Assembly (NCBI GenBank): GCA_017524665.1
Contig: JAFXVF010000012.1
Span: forward strand, 32,495 to 96,494
DNA from: Clostridia bacterium
Lineage (GTDB): Bacteria > Bacillota > Clostridia > TANB77 > CAG-508
Direction of reading: 5' to 3'
DNA length: 64,000 nt
Position numbers and translations under genes: made by a program. This document shows, piece after piece, positions 19,314-30,528 of the stretch (position 1 is the stretch's first letter; each line of letters opens with the position of its first letter). The notes beneath the pieces are model-generated. The model had not been told where the DNA came from, did not search any database, and saw only the letters and a program-made list of their open reading frames with translations.

Positions 19314-20498
19314 TTATTGATCTACTATTCCATATTTTTCTTTATCTATTAAGAAATTATGCATTATCTCTTCTTCTGACAAAACTCGGTTATACACTCT
19401 CATGCTATTTACTTTTTCTTTAACCGGCCATGTTGTATATCCATACCATCTTCCTATTTCAATATTAATTGCTGTAAATGTAATACTTTGATAAGCTCCT
19501 CCATGTTGATCTATTATTTCTCCATTTTGGTATACTATCAGTCTTGAATCACTTTTCGTGATTGTAAATGTTGTACTTGTGTCGTCTTTTACCTCTATAG
19601 CAAAACCTCTTTGTCCTTCATTATAGTAGTCACTGTTTGGTCGAAACCATCTTGCTTGGTATTGAAGAGCACTTCCAATTTTTTCAGCATAAATCTGCAA
19701 ACTGCAATCAGAAACATTGTGATTCCATTGGTTAATCATGAATAAACTACCATATTGTGATGAATTTGTTACATCAACGCTTTTAACTACAAATTCTACT
19801 GTAAAATTATCGCAGCCTGCTGTACTGCCATTAATATAGTCATTTACTCCATCTAATGCAATATAGTCTTCTCCCCACCCACTTGTAGCGGTAAAGTCAA
19901 CATTATGTAAAACCCCATCATTGTGATTTGGGCTTAAGTCTCTCCATGTTGTAGTTGTATTACTATGTCCATCTCCTGTATTATTAATTGCATCATAGTG
20001 TAATTGTAAGCCATCTTGCACATATTTTTCTGGAGATACTTGCATATAATTTTCTTCTATGTTTGTATTTACAACTTTAGTATTATTCAGTACATATTCT
20101 ATTGTCTTTGCAAAGTCTTCCATTTCAAATAAAACTGCTAAAATTTCCTTTTCCTCTTGCATGACCTTTTTAAATTGACAATTTGTAATTCCCGTACATA
20201 TCTTTACTCTATCTTTATATATTCCCCCATCTTGGAATGTAAAAGAACTTCCAGATGTAAATACTATTCTTTTTCCGTCTTCTTGTATGTATGAAATTTC
20301 ATTGCCTGCTTTTTTAGTTTCATTAACCATTTCTAGGTTAAACTTATTAAATTCACCTAAACTAGTGGCTGTATCACTTATATTTTCTGTGTTTGCATAG
20401 AAAAAAGCAGTAATAGTAGTAATAGTTCCGGCAACAATGACTAATGCAACAACATAAACAATAACGCTTAGTAATGTAATACCTTTTTGAGATTTCAT
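19314..20498 (-). CDS. Pilin-like protein with C-terminal LamG/ConA-like domain
   Basis: QKG|ITLLSVIV N-terminus; DGLQLHYDA, WRDLS, LDGVNDY, MRVYNRVLSEEEI. Confidence 0.75.
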   Translation of the reverse strand: MKSQKGITLLSVIVYVVALVIVAGTITTITAFFYANTENISDTATSLGEFNKFNLEMVNETKKAGNEISYIQEDGKRIVFTSGSSFTFQDGGIYKDRVKICTGITNCQFKKVMQEEKEILAVLFEMEDFAKTIEYVLNNTKVVNTNIEENYMQVSPEKYVQDGLQLHYDAINNTGDGHSNTTTTWRDLSPNHNDGVLHNVDFTATSGWGEDYIALDGVNDYINGSTAGCDNFTVEFVVKSVDVTNSSQYGSLFMINQWNHNVSDCSLQIYAEKIGSALQYQARWFRPNSDYYNEGQRGFAIEVKDDTSTTFTITKSDSRLIVYQNGEIIDQHGGAYQSITFTAINIEIGRWYGYTTWPVKEKVNSMRVYNRVLSEEEIMHNFLIDKEKYGIVDQ

Positions 20499-20515
20499 AA
20501 TTTTACCTCATTTCT

Positions 20516-22270
20516 TTAGTTTTTTGGTAGTTCAACTCTTATGTGTACATCTTCTAATTGCTTATCAGCTACAACAGATGGTGCATTCATCATTAAGTCT
20601 CTTGCTTTTTTATTTTTTGGAAATGCTATTACTTCTCTTATATTTTCTTCACCAGCTATTAGCATTACCATTCTGTCAACTCCAGGAGCAGCTCCAGCAT
20701 GTGGTGGTGTTCCATAAGAGAATGCATTATATAATGCTCCAAATCTCTTTTTAACATCTTCTTCACTGTATCCTGCTATCTCAAATGCTTTTATCATCAC
20801 ATCTTGGTCATGATTTCTTACTGCACCTGAGGCTAATTCATAACCATTGCATACCATATCATATTGGTATGCTAAAATTTCCAAAGGATCTTTTGTAAGT
20901 AATGCTTCCATTCCGCCTTGTGGCATTGAAAATGGATTGTGATTGAAATCTATTGTTCCTTCATCAGATAATTCGTACATTGGGAAATCAACAATAAAGC
21001 AGAATTTATAAACATCTTTTTCTATTAAGTCTAAGCTCTTTCCGAGCTCAATTCTAAGTCCTCCAGCAATTTTACATGAAGCTTCTTTTTCATCTGCTAT
21101 AAAGCAAATAGCATCTCCTGTGTTTGCTTTAGTAATTTCTAATAATTTTGCTTTTGCTTTTTCATCTATAAACTTCGCAATTGATCCTGTTAGTTCTTCT
21201 TCTATTTTTACCCAAGCTAAGCCTTTTGCTCCTAGCTCTTCTTTTGCAAATTCTCCTAATCTATCATAGAATTTTCTACCCTGTTCTGCCCCTTTAGGTA
21301 TTGCTATTGCTCTAACAGTTTTTCCTTTAAATGCTTGAAAATCGAGGTTTTCAAAAACTTCTGTTACATTTGTTATAATTAATGGATTTCTTAAATCTGG
21401 TTTATCACTACCATATGTCTCCATTGCAGTTCTATATGGAATTCTTACCACATCTTCTAATACTTTGCCTTTTGCATGTGCCTTAAATGTGTTAAGAACT
21501 ACTTTTTTAAGAATTTCAAGTACATCTTCTTGAGTTGCAAAACTCATTTCAAAGTCTAATTGGTAAAACTCTCCTGGGCTTCTATCAGCTCTTGGATCCT
21601 CATCTCTAAAACATGGAGCAATTTGGAAATACTTGTTAAATCCCGAAACCATTAAAAGTTGTTTAAATTGCTGAGGAGCCTGTGGTAATGCATAAAATTC
21701 ACCTGGGTGCAATCTACTTGGTACTAAAAAGTCCCTAGCTCCTTCTGGAGATGAATTTGCTAATATTGGTGTTTGAATCTCAGTAAAATCTAATTTTACC
21801 ATTTCACTTCTTAGTGTTTGTAAGATTCTTGATCTAAGCAAAAGATTGTTATGTATTTTTTCGTTTCTTAAATCTAAAAATCTATACTCTAGTCTTAAAT
21901 CTTCTCTTACTTCTGTTTGCTCACTACTGTTTATTTCGAATGGTAACACGTTTTTGCATTTACCTAAAACATCAATTTTACTTGCAATTATTTCTATGTC
22001 TCCCGTTTTTATTTTATCGTTTTTGCTTTGTCTTTCTACTACTTTTCCATCAACTCTAATTGTACATTCAGTTGTTAAATTCTTAGCCATTTCTTGCAAG
22101 TCTTCTTGTTCAGAAATAACTATTTGCGTAATACCAAATTCGTCACGTAAATCAATAAATTTCATTCCTCCCAAGTTACGGATTTTTTGAATCCATCCTG
22201 AAAGTCTAACAGTTTCTCCAATATTGCTTTTTGTAAGCTCTCCGCAATTATGTGTTCTATACTCGTGCAT
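20516..22270 (-). CDS. aspS: Aspartate--tRNA ligase
   Basis: YRTHNCGEL, PEGARDF, QAPQQFKQ, CFRDED, PPHAG, IREVIAFPK. Confidence 0.97.
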   Translation of the reverse strand: MHEYRTHNCGELTKSNIGETVRLSGWIQKIRNLGGMKFIDLRDEFGITQIVISEQEDLQEMAKNLTTECTIRVDGKVVERQSKNDKIKTGDIEIIASKIDVLGKCKNVLPFEINSSEQTEVREDLRLEYRFLDLRNEKIHNNLLLRSRILQTLRSEMVKLDFTEIQTPILANSSPEGARDFLVPSRLHPGEFYALPQAPQQFKQLLMVSGFNKYFQIAPCFRDEDPRADRSPGEFYQLDFEMSFATQEDVLEILKKVVLNTFKAHAKGKVLEDVVRIPYRTAMETYGSDKPDLRNPLIITNVTEVFENLDFQAFKGKTVRAIAIPKGAEQGRKFYDRLGEFAKEELGAKGLAWVKIEEELTGSIAKFIDEKAKAKLLEITKANTGDAICFIADEKEASCKIAGGLRIELGKSLDLIEKDVYKFCFIVDFPMYELSDEGTIDFNHNPFSMPQGGMEALLTKDPLEILAYQYDMVCNGYELASGAVRNHDQDVMIKAFEIAGYSEEDVKKRFGALYNAFSYGTPPHAGAAPGVDRMVMLIAGEENIREVIAFPKNKKARDLMMNAPSVVADKQLEDVHIRVELPKN

Positions 22271-22288
22271 TTTTATTCCCCCAATTTA

Positions 22289-23728
22289 TTAATATTGTCT
22301 TCCCCAAACTACCATGTGTTTTGCTTCTTTTCCACAAACAACACATTTGTCAGAAATATTTTCTTGTTCAAATGGTATGCATCTTGAATGTGCTCCTGTA
22401 AGCTCTTTAATTTTGTTCTCGCATTCTTCATCTCCGCACCACATTGTTTTAATGTATCCTTGTTTTTCATTTATTATTCTTTCGAATTCTTCCATGTCTT
22501 TTGCAATACTTGTTCTTTCTTCATTTCTCTTTTTGCATTCATTGAACATATTTTTTTGAATTTCTTCAAGTAATTCTCCAAGTGTATTATTTAATTTGTC
22601 TAATTCAACTGTTATCTTTTCTGCAGTGTCACGTCTTACAAGTACTGCTACTCCGTTTTCTATATCTCTTGGTCCAATTTCAATTCTAACTGGTACTCCT
22701 CTCATTTCCCAGTCATTAAATTTATATCCATTTGAGTAATTATCTCTGTCATCTAGTTCTACTCTATAGTTGTCTTTTAAAGTGTCATATATTTCGTTTG
22801 CTTTTTCTAGTACACCCTCTTTATGAAGTGCTACTGGAACAATTACAGCTTGTATTGGTGCTACTCTTGGTGGTAACTTTAATCCACGGTTGTCCCCATG
22901 TGCCATAATAACTGCTCCAATTAATCTTGTACTAATACCCCATGATGTTTGGTATGCATATTCTTCTTTTCCATCTTTGTTTTGGAATTTAATGTCAAAT
23001 GGTTTTGTAAAGTTTTGTCCAAAATAATGTGAAGTTCCTGCTTGTAAAGCTCTTCCATCATGCATTAATGTTTCAACTGTGTATGTAGCTTCAGCTCCAG
23101 CAAATTGCTCTTTTGGAGTTTTTCTTCCTTTTAATACTGGAATTGCAAGAAGTTCTTCAATAACCTCTTGGTATATATCTAGCATCTGCATTGTTCTTTC
23201 TTCTGCTTCTTTGCTTGTTGCATGTATTGTGTGCCCTTCTTGCCATAAGAACTCTCTTGATCTTAAGAATGGTCTTGTTTCTTTCTCCCAACGTAACACA
23301 TTGCACCATTGGTTATATACTAATGGTAAGTCTCTCCATGATTTTAACCACTTTGAATAAAGAGTTGAAAACATGGTTTCTGAAGTAGGTCTAATACAAA
23401 GTCTTTCTTCTAAGTCTTCTCCACCTCCAATGGTTACCCATGCAACTTCAGGAGCAAATCCTTCTACGTGGTCTTTTTCCTTTTGAAGTAATCCCTCTGG
23501 AATTAATACAGGCATGTAAACATTTTTAACTCCAACTTTTTTGAATTTCTCGTCAGCGTATTTTTGTATGTTTTCCCAAATTGCATAGCCATATGGTTTT
23601 ATTGCTATGCATCCTTTTGTATCTGTATAGTCTGCTAAATCTGCTTTTAATACTATATCTGTATACCATTTAGCAAAGTCTTCTTCTATATTAGTTATAT
23701 CTTTTACAAATTCTTTATTGTCACTCAT
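22289..23728 (-). CDS. proS: Proline--tRNA ligase (archaeal/eukaryote-like type)
   Basis: [31 protein letters not shown]-terminal GRQY. Confidence 0.97.
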   Translation of the reverse strand: MSDNKEFVKDITNIEEDFAKWYTDIVLKADLADYTDTKGCIAIKPYGYAIWENIQKYADEKFKKVGVKNVYMPVLIPEGLLQKEKDHVEGFAPEVAWVTIGGGEDLEERLCIRPTSETMFSTLYSKWLKSWRDLPLVYNQWCNVLRWEKETRPFLRSREFLWQEGHTIHATSKEAEERTMQMLDIYQEVIEELLAIPVLKGRKTPKEQFAGAEATYTVETLMHDGRALQAGTSHYFGQNFTKPFDIKFQNKDGKEEYAYQTSWGISTRLIGAVIMAHGDNRGLKLPPRVAPIQAVIVPVALHKEGVLEKANEIYDTLKDNYRVELDDRDNYSNGYKFNDWEMRGVPVRIEIGPRDIENGVAVLVRRDTAEKITVELDKLNNTLGELLEEIQKNMFNECKKRNEERTSIAKDMEEFERIINEKQGYIKTMWCGDEECENKIKELTGAHSRCIPFEQENISDKCVVCGKEAKHMVVWGRQY

Positions 23729-24348
23729 AGTGTATTATCTCCTTCTACATTGTTTTCAGCTTCATTTGCTGTATTGTTTGTTTCTTCATTATTATCTACT
23801 AAATCGTCTATAACGATTTGCTCATTTTCATCTATTTTATATCTTGGGAGTTCGGGTAGCTCGTCTAAAGATGATATTCCAAACATTTTTAAAAACTCAT
23901 TTGTAGTTTTATATGATCTCGGTTTCCCTGGTAAATCTAGTTTTTCTCCTTCTTCTATTAGTCCATATTCTAGGAGCTTATAAATTGAAGAATCAGATGC
24001 AACTCCACGTATAGTTTCAATTTCTGCTCTTGTGATTTTAGGATTGTATGCAATTATAGAAAGTGTTTCCATTGCAGCAGCAGACAAACTTGGCTTTGTT
24101 CTGTTGTCAAATATAGGATATAGATAATCGTAATAGTCTTTTTTAGTTATCATTTGATAACCTTCTCCTACTTTAATAATCTCAAAGCCTCTATTTTGTA
24201 CTTCATATTCTGCCTTAAGAGCTTCAATTATTGCTTGAATATCTTTTGCTTCTATATCTAATATTGATACAATTTCTGATATTTTAACTTCTCTGCCACT
24301 TGCAAACAAGATAGCTTCTATTATTGCTTTTTTGTTTTCGTTTTCCAT
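23725..24348 (-). CDS. scpB: SMC-Scp complex subunit ScpB
   Basis: [44 protein letters not shown]. Confidence 0.95.
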   Translation of the reverse strand: MENENKKAIIEAILFASGREVKISEIVSILDIEAKDIQAIIEALKAEYEVQNRGFEIIKVGEGYQMITKKDYYDYLYPIFDNRTKPSLSAAAMETLSIIAYNPKITRAEIETIRGVASDSSIYKLLEYGLIEEGEKLDLPGKPRSYKTTNEFLKMFGISSLDELPELPRYKIDENEQIVIDDLVDNNEETNNTANEAENNVEGDNTL

Positions 24349-24473
24349 AACTCAAAAATCTCCCATTTTTTCTATGTAATATTATGCCATTTATTTTGCA
24401 AAGTGTCAAGAATTCCCTTGTTTTTTCCGTAATTATATGTTATTATAATTTTAGTATTGGGGGGGACAAAAAA

Positions 24474-24737
24474 ATGAATGATGAAGAAAGAAAAGAATTC
24501 GAAGTAGTACCAGGCGATGGCACTGAAATTGATATATCTCCTGTTACAGAGCATTTAGTTTCAATGAAGCCTAAGTCTAAAGAAGAAGATGACAGAGGAA
24601 CTATTGTTATTCCAGAAGTAAAACCTGCAATTGAATATAATACTCCAGAAGAGCAAAAGGTTGAAGAGCAGAATGTAGAAAATAGTGATATAGAAGCTCA
24701 GGATACAGATTCTTCAGAATCCGAAAACAAGGATTAA
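24474..24737 (+). CDS. Acidic hypothetical protein
   Basis: G-rich RBS before ATG 24474; 87 aa, E/D-rich. Confidence 0.65.
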   Translation: MNDEERKEFEVVPGDGTEIDISPVTEHLVSMKPKSKEEDDRGTIVIPEVKPAIEYNTPEEQKVEEQNVENSDIEAQDTDSSESENKD

Positions 24738-24854
24738 CATAATTTTTGCTTTGAAAAGCTTGATTTTTTGGCTTTTTTCTGGTAAAATATATATAGTGTT
24801 GTATTATTATTTAAAGAGGTGAAAAAATTATCATTTTAAAATGGTAATTATGAT

Positions 24855-25115
24855 ATGAGTTTTATTAGTGATTTTTTTAAAGGGTTATTAACTCGTTCAG
24901 AAGACTTTGAAGATGTTGATATTAGTGATATTGAAGTGCCTTCTGGAGTTAAGAAATTAGAAGATAGTCTTAGTGATAATGGAGGTTCAAAAAAATCTGG
25001 CAAAGGCAGTGGCGGTTCCAATGTTGTTGAACGTGCTGAAGTTGGCAATCTAGAAAAGCCAAAAGAAGGAGAACATTCAAAAGAATCTGAAGAAAGAGAT
25101 GAAATGGAAAGATAA
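24855..25115 (+). CDS. Charged hypothetical protein
   Basis: 86-aa ORF with host-like codon use and an upstream TTGATT/TAAAAT promoter-like site. Confidence 0.55.
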   Translation: MSFISDFFKGLLTRSEDFEDVDISDIEVPSGVKKLEDSLSDNGGSKKSGKGSGGSNVVERAEVGNLEKPKEGEHSKESEERDEMER

Positions 25116-25169
25116 AATATATGCAGGTAAAACATTACCTGCATATATTTAAATTTTTTTTTATTTTTG

Positions 25170-25198
25170 TTGACAAAACATCCAAAAGCTAATATAAT
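25170..25198 (+). promoter_or_regulatory. Sigma-A promoter of the tRNA
   Basis: TTGACA-17-TATAAT, perfect consensus. Confidence 0.9.
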
Positions 25199-25214
25199 AA
25201 TACATGTCTTTTAT

Positions 25215-25291
25215 GGCGAAGTAGCTCAGTTGGCTAGAGCATTCGGTTCATACCCGACAGGTCATGTGTTCGAATCACATCTTCGCTACCA
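25215..25291 (+). tRNA. tRNA-Met(CAT), elongator type
   Basis: GGCGAAG/CTTCGCT acceptor stem, D arm, TT-CAT-AC loop, GTTCGAATC T loop, encoded CCA. Confidence 0.95.
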
Positions 25292-25325
25292 AAAAACTCC
25301 TCCGGAAATTCCGGAGGAGTTTTTT
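25292..25325. terminator. Bidirectional terminator (tRNA / rpoD)
   Basis: aaaaactcctccgga-aat-tccggaggagttttt. Confidence 0.9.
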
Positions 25326-25332
25326 ATTATCT

Positions 25333-27321
25333 TTAATTCATATAATCTCTTAGTTTTTTGCTTCTGCTAGGGTGTCTTAATTTACGCAATGCTTTTGCTT
25401 CAATTTGTCTAATTCTTTCTCTTGTTACCATGAATTCTCGTCCAACTTCTTCTAGTGTACGGGCTTTTCCATCCTCTAATCCAAATCTTAATTTTAGTAC
25501 TTTTGCCTCCCTTGGAGTTAAGGTGTTCATTACCTCTTCTAATTGCTCTTTTAACATTGTATATGCTGCTGAATCTTGTGGTGCTGGACTATCTTCGTCT
25601 TTTATGAAATCGCCTAAGTGACTATCGTCCTCTTCTCCAATTGGTGTTTCAAGAGATACTGGGTCTTGAGCTATTTTTTGTATTTCCATTACTTTTTCAA
25701 CTGGCATTTCTAGCTCAGCTGCTAGTTCTTCTGGCGTTGGCTCTCTTCCCATTTGTTGTAGTAAATGTCTAGATGTTCTTATTAATTTATTAATTGTTTC
25801 TACCATGTGAACTGGTATACGTATTGTTCTTGCTTGATCTGCTATTGCTCTTGTAATAGCTTGTCTAATCCACCAAGTTGCATATGTGCTGAATTTGAAT
25901 CCTTTAGTATAGTCGAATTTCTCTACGGCTTTTATCAATCCCATGTTTCCTTCTTGTATTAAGTCTAAGAATAGCATTCCTCTACCTACATATTTTTTTG
26001 CTATACTTACTACAAGTCTTAAGTTAGATTCTGCAAGTTTTTGTTTTGCCTCTTCATCTCCATCTAACATTCTTTGAGATAAGTCTAACTCTTCATCATA
26101 AGTAAGTAATGGGATTCTACCTATTTCCCTTAAATACATTCTAACTGGGTCATCAAGATTTATGCCATCAAAGTTTAATACATCTAGGTCTTCTATTCTA
26201 ATGTCTTCAACTTCTTCTAGGTCCTCTATGTCTGGTTCTTCTAAGTCATCATCTTTTAATACGTCAACACCAATTTCTTCAAAAGCATCAAAAACCTTAT
26301 CTATCTGATCTGGGTTAATATCACCAAGTTCGCTTGCAAGTTCTCCATATGTTATTTTTCCTTTTTCTTTTGCTTTCTTTAAAATGCTTTTTACTTTATC
26401 TGCTTCTGATGTTTGTTCATCAGGTTCATTTTCTTCCTGTTCAGCTTTTGCTTCTTCATTTTTTACTTCTTTAGCCTTATCGTCTTCCTGCTTTATTTCT
26501 TCTTTCTTGTCTGCATTTTTGGTTTCTTTTTTAGCTTGCTCTTTGTCTTCTTTTACTTCTTTTTTGTCTTTTGGAGTAGACTCTTCTTTTTCTTCAGCCT
26601 TTGGTTCTGTTTTCTTCTCTTTCTTTTTTTCTGTCTTTGACTCTGTTTTCTTTTCTTCCTTAACTTCTACCTTCGGTTCTACTGTCTTCTCTTTCTTTTC
26701 CTCTACTTTTTTCTCTGCTTTCTTTTCTTTCTTTGCTTCTACCTTTGGCTCTGCTTTCTTTTCTTTCTTTGCTTCTACCTTTGGCTCTGCCTTCTTTTCT
26801 TTCTTTACTTCTGCCTTTGGTTCTGCTTTCTTTTCTTTCTTTGCTTCTGCCTTTGGCTCTGCTTTCTTTTCTTTCTTTGCTTCTGCCTTTGGCTCTGCCT
26901 TCTTTTCTTTCTTTACTTCTGCCTTTGGTTCTGCTTTCTTTTCTTTCTTTGCTTCTGCCTTTGGCTCTGCTTTTTTCTCTTTCTTTGCTTCTGCCTTTGG
27001 CTCTGCTTTTTTCTCTTTCTTTGCTTCTGCCTTTGGTTCTGCTTTCTTTTCTTTCTTTGCTTCTGCCTTCTTTTCCTTCTTTGTTGCAACTTTTGCTTCA
27101 ACTTTCTTTTCTTCTTTTTTAGCTTTAACAATATTTTTAGGTTCTTCTTTCTTTGCTTTCTTGTCTTCTTTTTTTACAACAACTTTTTTTATTAATTCTT
27201 TTACTGCTTTTGCTTTTTGTTCAATCTTACTTATCTTCTTTGTTTCTTTTTCTTGGGCAGCTTCTTTTTTACCTTTTAGCTCTTTTACAGGTTTTTCTTT
27301 TCCCACTTTTAACCCCTCCAT
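25333..27321 (-). CDS. rpoD: Primary sigma factor RpoD/SigA with a Lys/Glu-rich repetitive N-terminal extension of about 300 aa
   Basis: [44 protein letters not shown]; directly downstream of dnaG. Confidence 0.96.
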   Translation of the reverse strand: MEGLKVGKEKPVKELKGKKEAAQEKETKKISKIEQKAKAVKELIKKVVVKKEDKKAKKEEPKNIVKAKKEEKKVEAKVATKKEKKAEAKKEKKAEPKAEAKKEKKAEPKAEAKKEKKAEPKAEAKKEKKAEPKAEVKKEKKAEPKAEAKKEKKAEPKAEAKKEKKAEPKAEVKKEKKAEPKVEAKKEKKAEPKVEAKKEKKAEKKVEEKKEKTVEPKVEVKEEKKTESKTEKKKEKKTEPKAEEKEESTPKDKKEVKEDKEQAKKETKNADKKEEIKQEDDKAKEVKNEEAKAEQEENEPDEQTSEADKVKSILKKAKEKGKITYGELASELGDINPDQIDKVFDAFEEIGVDVLKDDDLEEPDIEDLEEVEDIRIEDLDVLNFDGINLDDPVRMYLREIGRIPLLTYDEELDLSQRMLDGDEEAKQKLAESNLRLVVSIAKKYVGRGMLFLDLIQEGNMGLIKAVEKFDYTKGFKFSTYATWWIRQAITRAIADQARTIRIPVHMVETINKLIRTSRHLLQQMGREPTPEELAAELEMPVEKVMEIQKIAQDPVSLETPIGEEDDSHLGDFIKDEDSPAPQDSAAYTMLKEQLEEVMNTLTPREAKVLKLRFGLEDGKARTLEEVGREFMVTRERIRQIEAKALRKLRHPSRSKKLRDYMN
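26662..27057 (-). repeat. 36-bp coding tandem repeat ([12 protein letters not shown]), 9 near-perfect plus 2 degenerate copies
   Basis: Visible directly in DNA and protein. Confidence 0.95.
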
Positions 27322-29124
27322 TTATTTCTTGGCCAGCTTAATTATAAGCTCATTTAGTTCTTTCTCTAATTCTATTGCTTCTTCTTTAGGTAGTTCTGGA
27401 TTTTCAATCAATTTAATAATCTCGTTTTTTCTACTTGTTAGTTTTTCCCTTGAATATGCATTAATTACGTCTTGTATGCATTTCTCTGTATCGCTAATTT
27501 CAAACTCTTCAGACATTATCCCTGTTACCTGACTTATGCACTCTTCGTCTCCTTCAAGTAAATCTAGAATATTCTCTATATTACTTTTTCCCTTTTCAAA
27601 TTCTTCATACATTTTTTGGGCTATTTTTTTATTCTGTTGTAACTTGAAGTCTTCTGGGCTTACAGTGTTTTTTATTCTTTCATACACTGCATTTCCTTCA
27701 TTTAATAGAAGAGCAATTATCATGTTTTCTTTTTTTATGTATTCATTATTTGTATCTTCTTTAGTTTCTCTTTTAATCGGCTTTTTTGTAAGTGCTTTTT
27801 CTGGATTATTATTTCCATATTTTAATTTATTTATTTGAGCGTAAATCGCCTCTTTTGAAATTTTATACTCTCCAGAAATTTTGTCTATATATACTTCCTG
27901 TTCAATTCTATTGTCAATAGGGACTAGTATTTTAGCAATTTCATTTAAAAATTTTATCTTATCATTTGACGAATTAAATGTAGAATTATTTTTTAATATC
28001 TTTACTTTGTATTCTACAAGTGATATTGCCTCATCCATAAGTTTTAGAAATCTTCCGCTGCCATATTTTATTATGTATTCGTCTGGATCTTTTGCACCTT
28101 CCATTTGCAGAATTCTTACATCACATCCAAGGTTTGTTAAAATATCAAGTCCTCTAACTATTGCTGCTTGTCCTGCTCCATCAGAATCATAACCTAATAT
28201 AATTTGATTAGCATGTTTTCTAAGGAGTCTTCCTTGGTTTTCAGTAAGTGCTGTTCCAAGGGATGCAACAACATTTGTAATTCCTCTTTGATATAGTGAA
28301 ATTGCATCCATGTATCCTTCTACTATTAGCAGCCTAGATGTATCATATTTTTTTGCAACATTTAGTCCAAACAGGTTTCTTCCTTTACTATACACAATGT
28401 TTTCTGGCGAATTTATGTATTTTGCATCAGGAGAATTAACTGCTTTTGGTTTATATTCATCTATAACTCGTCCTCCAAAAGCAATCACTTTGCCTCGCAC
28501 ATCTTGAATTGGAATCATAAAGCGTCCTCTGAATCTATCAACGAAATCGCCCTTTTCAGTTTTAATTATTAAACTTGATGCCAACATTTGCTCATTTGTA
28601 AAGCCTTTTGATTTTAAAAAGTTATATAGGTCACTATAGCTTGGATTAGAGTATCCTAGTCTAAATGCCTTTAATGTTTTGTTGTCAAGCTTTCTTTTTT
28701 TTACGTAATTTTGGCATTCTTTTGATGTTGGTTTATACAAGTTTTCATGATAGTAAATTGAAGCTGCTTCATTAATTTCAAACACTTTTGCTCTTAGTGC
28801 TTGTCTTTTGCTATCTTCCTGATTGGTATCTGTTGGTAAAGCTATACCTGCTCTTTCAGCAAGTGTTTCAAGTGCATCCCTAAAATCAAGTCCTTCAATC
28901 TTAGAAATAAAATGGATAACATTTCCACCTGCTCCGCATCCAAAGCAATGAAATATTTGCTTGCTAGGTGAAACAGAAAAAGATGGTGATTTTTCCCTAT
29001 GAAATGGACAAAGTCCAAAATAGTTAGCACCACTTTTTTTTAAGGTTACATATTGAGATATAACATCAACGATGTCGTTAGAAGTCCTAATTTCATCAAT
29101 TAATTCATCATTATATCTAACCAT
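27322..29124 (-). CDS. dnaG: DNA primase
   Basis: CPFHREKSPSF, CFGCG, KYINSPE, VEGYMD, YDSDGAG; likely start ATG 29124. Confidence 0.96.
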   Translation of the reverse strand: MVRYNDELIDEIRTSNDIVDVISQYVTLKKSGANYFGLCPFHREKSPSFSVSPSKQIFHCFGCGAGGNVIHFISKIEGLDFRDALETLAERAGIALPTDTNQEDSKRQALRAKVFEINEAASIYYHENLYKPTSKECQNYVKKRKLDNKTLKAFRLGYSNPSYSDLYNFLKSKGFTNEQMLASSLIIKTEKGDFVDRFRGRFMIPIQDVRGKVIAFGGRVIDEYKPKAVNSPDAKYINSPENIVYSKGRNLFGLNVAKKYDTSRLLIVEGYMDAISLYQRGITNVVASLGTALTENQGRLLRKHANQIILGYDSDGAGQAAIVRGLDILTNLGCDVRILQMEGAKDPDEYIIKYGSGRFLKLMDEAISLVEYKVKILKNNSTFNSSNDKIKFLNEIAKILVPIDNRIEQEVYIDKISGEYKISKEAIYAQINKLKYGNNNPEKALTKKPIKRETKEDTNNEYIKKENMIIALLLNEGNAVYERIKNTVSPEDFKLQQNKKIAQKMYEEFEKGKSNIENILDLLEGDEECISQVTGIMSEEFEISDTEKCIQDVINAYSREKLTSRKNEIIKLIENPELPKEEAIELEKELNELIIKLAKK

Positions 29125-29199
29125 TTTACTTCCTTTCCCTATACTATATAATATTCGACAAGATTGCACCAATTCCTTCTTATTATGGAAACTAGATTA

Positions 29200-29273
29200 A
29201 AACTAATTTTAAGGACGTTTCTAAAAATTATCAATTTAAAAATAATCTTTAGAAACGCCCTTAAAATTAGTTT
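29200..29273. repeat. Imperfect inverted repeat of the dispersed family
   Basis: aaactaattttaaggacgtttctaaaaattat / ataatctttagaaacgcccttaaaattagttt. Confidence 0.85.
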
Positions 29274-29288
29274 AACGTCCTTTATTTA

Positions 29289-29858
29289 CTATGCTTCTGT
29301 TCCATTAAATGGAATAAATTTCTTTACAATATTTTCTGTATGTGTTCCTTTTACTGCAAGTTCTGGGTTGAACTCAGCAAATGAAGTGCTTATCTTGTTT
29401 TCTACAAGGTTTTCTATGTAATCCTTTGATGAATGCTCTGCTAAAACTAATTCACTAACTAGAATTTGTTTTGCATTTACTAGCATTTTCTTTTCTCCTG
29501 TAGATAGTCCTTTTTCTTTTTGTTTAAAGCTTAAGTTTCTTACTACGTCTGCTATTTCATATATGTCTCCGCTTTTCATTTTTTCCATATTATCTCTATA
29601 TCTTTTACTCCAGTTCATAGACATTTCTGTACTATTTTCTTCTAATACAGATATAACCTTTCCTGCAGTTTCTTCATCAATAATACTTCTTATACCAATG
29701 TCTTCGGCCTTTGATACTGGCACCATAGCTTTAACTTCTCCTGGCATCTTAAGTATATAATATGCTTGTTTTTCACCTAAAATATCCTTTTCCTCGATTG
29801 CTTCGATTGTTCCTGCTCCGTGCATTGGATATACTATTTTGTCTCCAACATTAAACAT
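29289..29858 (-). CDS. carD: CarD-family transcription regulator
   Basis: MFNVGDKIVYPMHGAG, NWSKRYR, LSTGEKKML. Confidence 0.93.
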   Translation of the reverse strand: MFNVGDKIVYPMHGAGTIEAIEEKDILGEKQAYYILKMPGEVKAMVPVSKAEDIGIRSIIDEETAGKVISVLEENSTEMSMNWSKRYRDNMEKMKSGDIYEIADVVRNLSFKQKEKGLSTGEKKMLVNAKQILVSELVLAEHSSKDYIENLVENKISTSFAEFNPELAVKGTHTENIVKKFIPFNGTEA

Positions 29859-29972
29859 ATCATCACTCCTTAAAATTATATTGCTCCCGACATTAACTAT
29901 TATACTACAAAAATTACCAAAAGTCAAAACTTTTGGTAATTATTTTTTGTAAATTTTTTATGTTATTCAAAT

Positions 29973-30434
29973 TTATTTACTCGTTGAGCCAAATCCTCCA
30001 GTACGCTCTTGTGTTGCGTTGTCTTGGTCTGCTATAAAGAATTTATGGAATATTGCTTGGCCTATTGCATCACCTTTTTTTATTGTAATATCTTCTCCTT
30101 TTATGTTATAAAACGCAAACATTATATGACCATCATTGTCTGGATTTCCATAATAATCTTTATCAATTATTCCTACACCATTTGCTAAAACCAATCCTTT
30201 TTTACCTGGGTTAGAACTACGGTTAGCAATCATCAAATATTCATCTTCTGGCATGTATGCTTTTATCCCTGTTTTAACAAGTGTTGGTTTAGAACCTGGT
30301 GTAAATGCTGGAATCACAGTATCTTCTGCAGCTTCTACATCATATCCTGCTGAATATTTTGTTTTTCTAACAGGTAAATTAATTTCCATGTTTTCAAATC
30401 CTTTAGCAACTTCAAATCCTCTTACTTTTTCCAT
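29973..30434 (-). CDS. dut: dUTP diphosphatase
   Basis: SAGYD, NRSS, GIIDKDYY, RTGGFGST. Confidence 0.95.
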   Translation of the reverse strand: MEKVRGFEVAKGFENMEINLPVRKTKYSAGYDVEAAEDTVIPAFTPGSKPTLVKTGIKAYMPEDEYLMIANRSSNPGKKGLVLANGVGIIDKDYYGNPDNDGHIMFAFYNIKGEDITIKKGDAIGQAIFHKFFIADQDNATQERTGGFGSTSK

Positions 30435-30528
30435 ATTATTTCTCCTTTACACTTTTATGCTGTTATTATATAAAAATGATTTCAGTTTTTCAAGCATGTT
30501 GCTATAAATATTTTCCCCCTTTTATTAT

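Noticed and set aside
25215-25291. This tRNA as the frameshift suppressor
   Set aside because: It has a normal 7-nt loop with a CAT anticodon and resembles elongator tRNA-Met. Any suppressor tRNA must lie outside the window.
26662-27057. 36-bp repeats as a CRISPR array
   Set aside because: Head-to-tail with no spacers, in frame within rpoD, and no cas genes nearby.
26384-27532. 382-aa plus-strand ORF and other overlapping F/S/L-rich ORFs
   Set aside because: Antisense or alternate-frame shadows of the low-complexity rpoD repeat.
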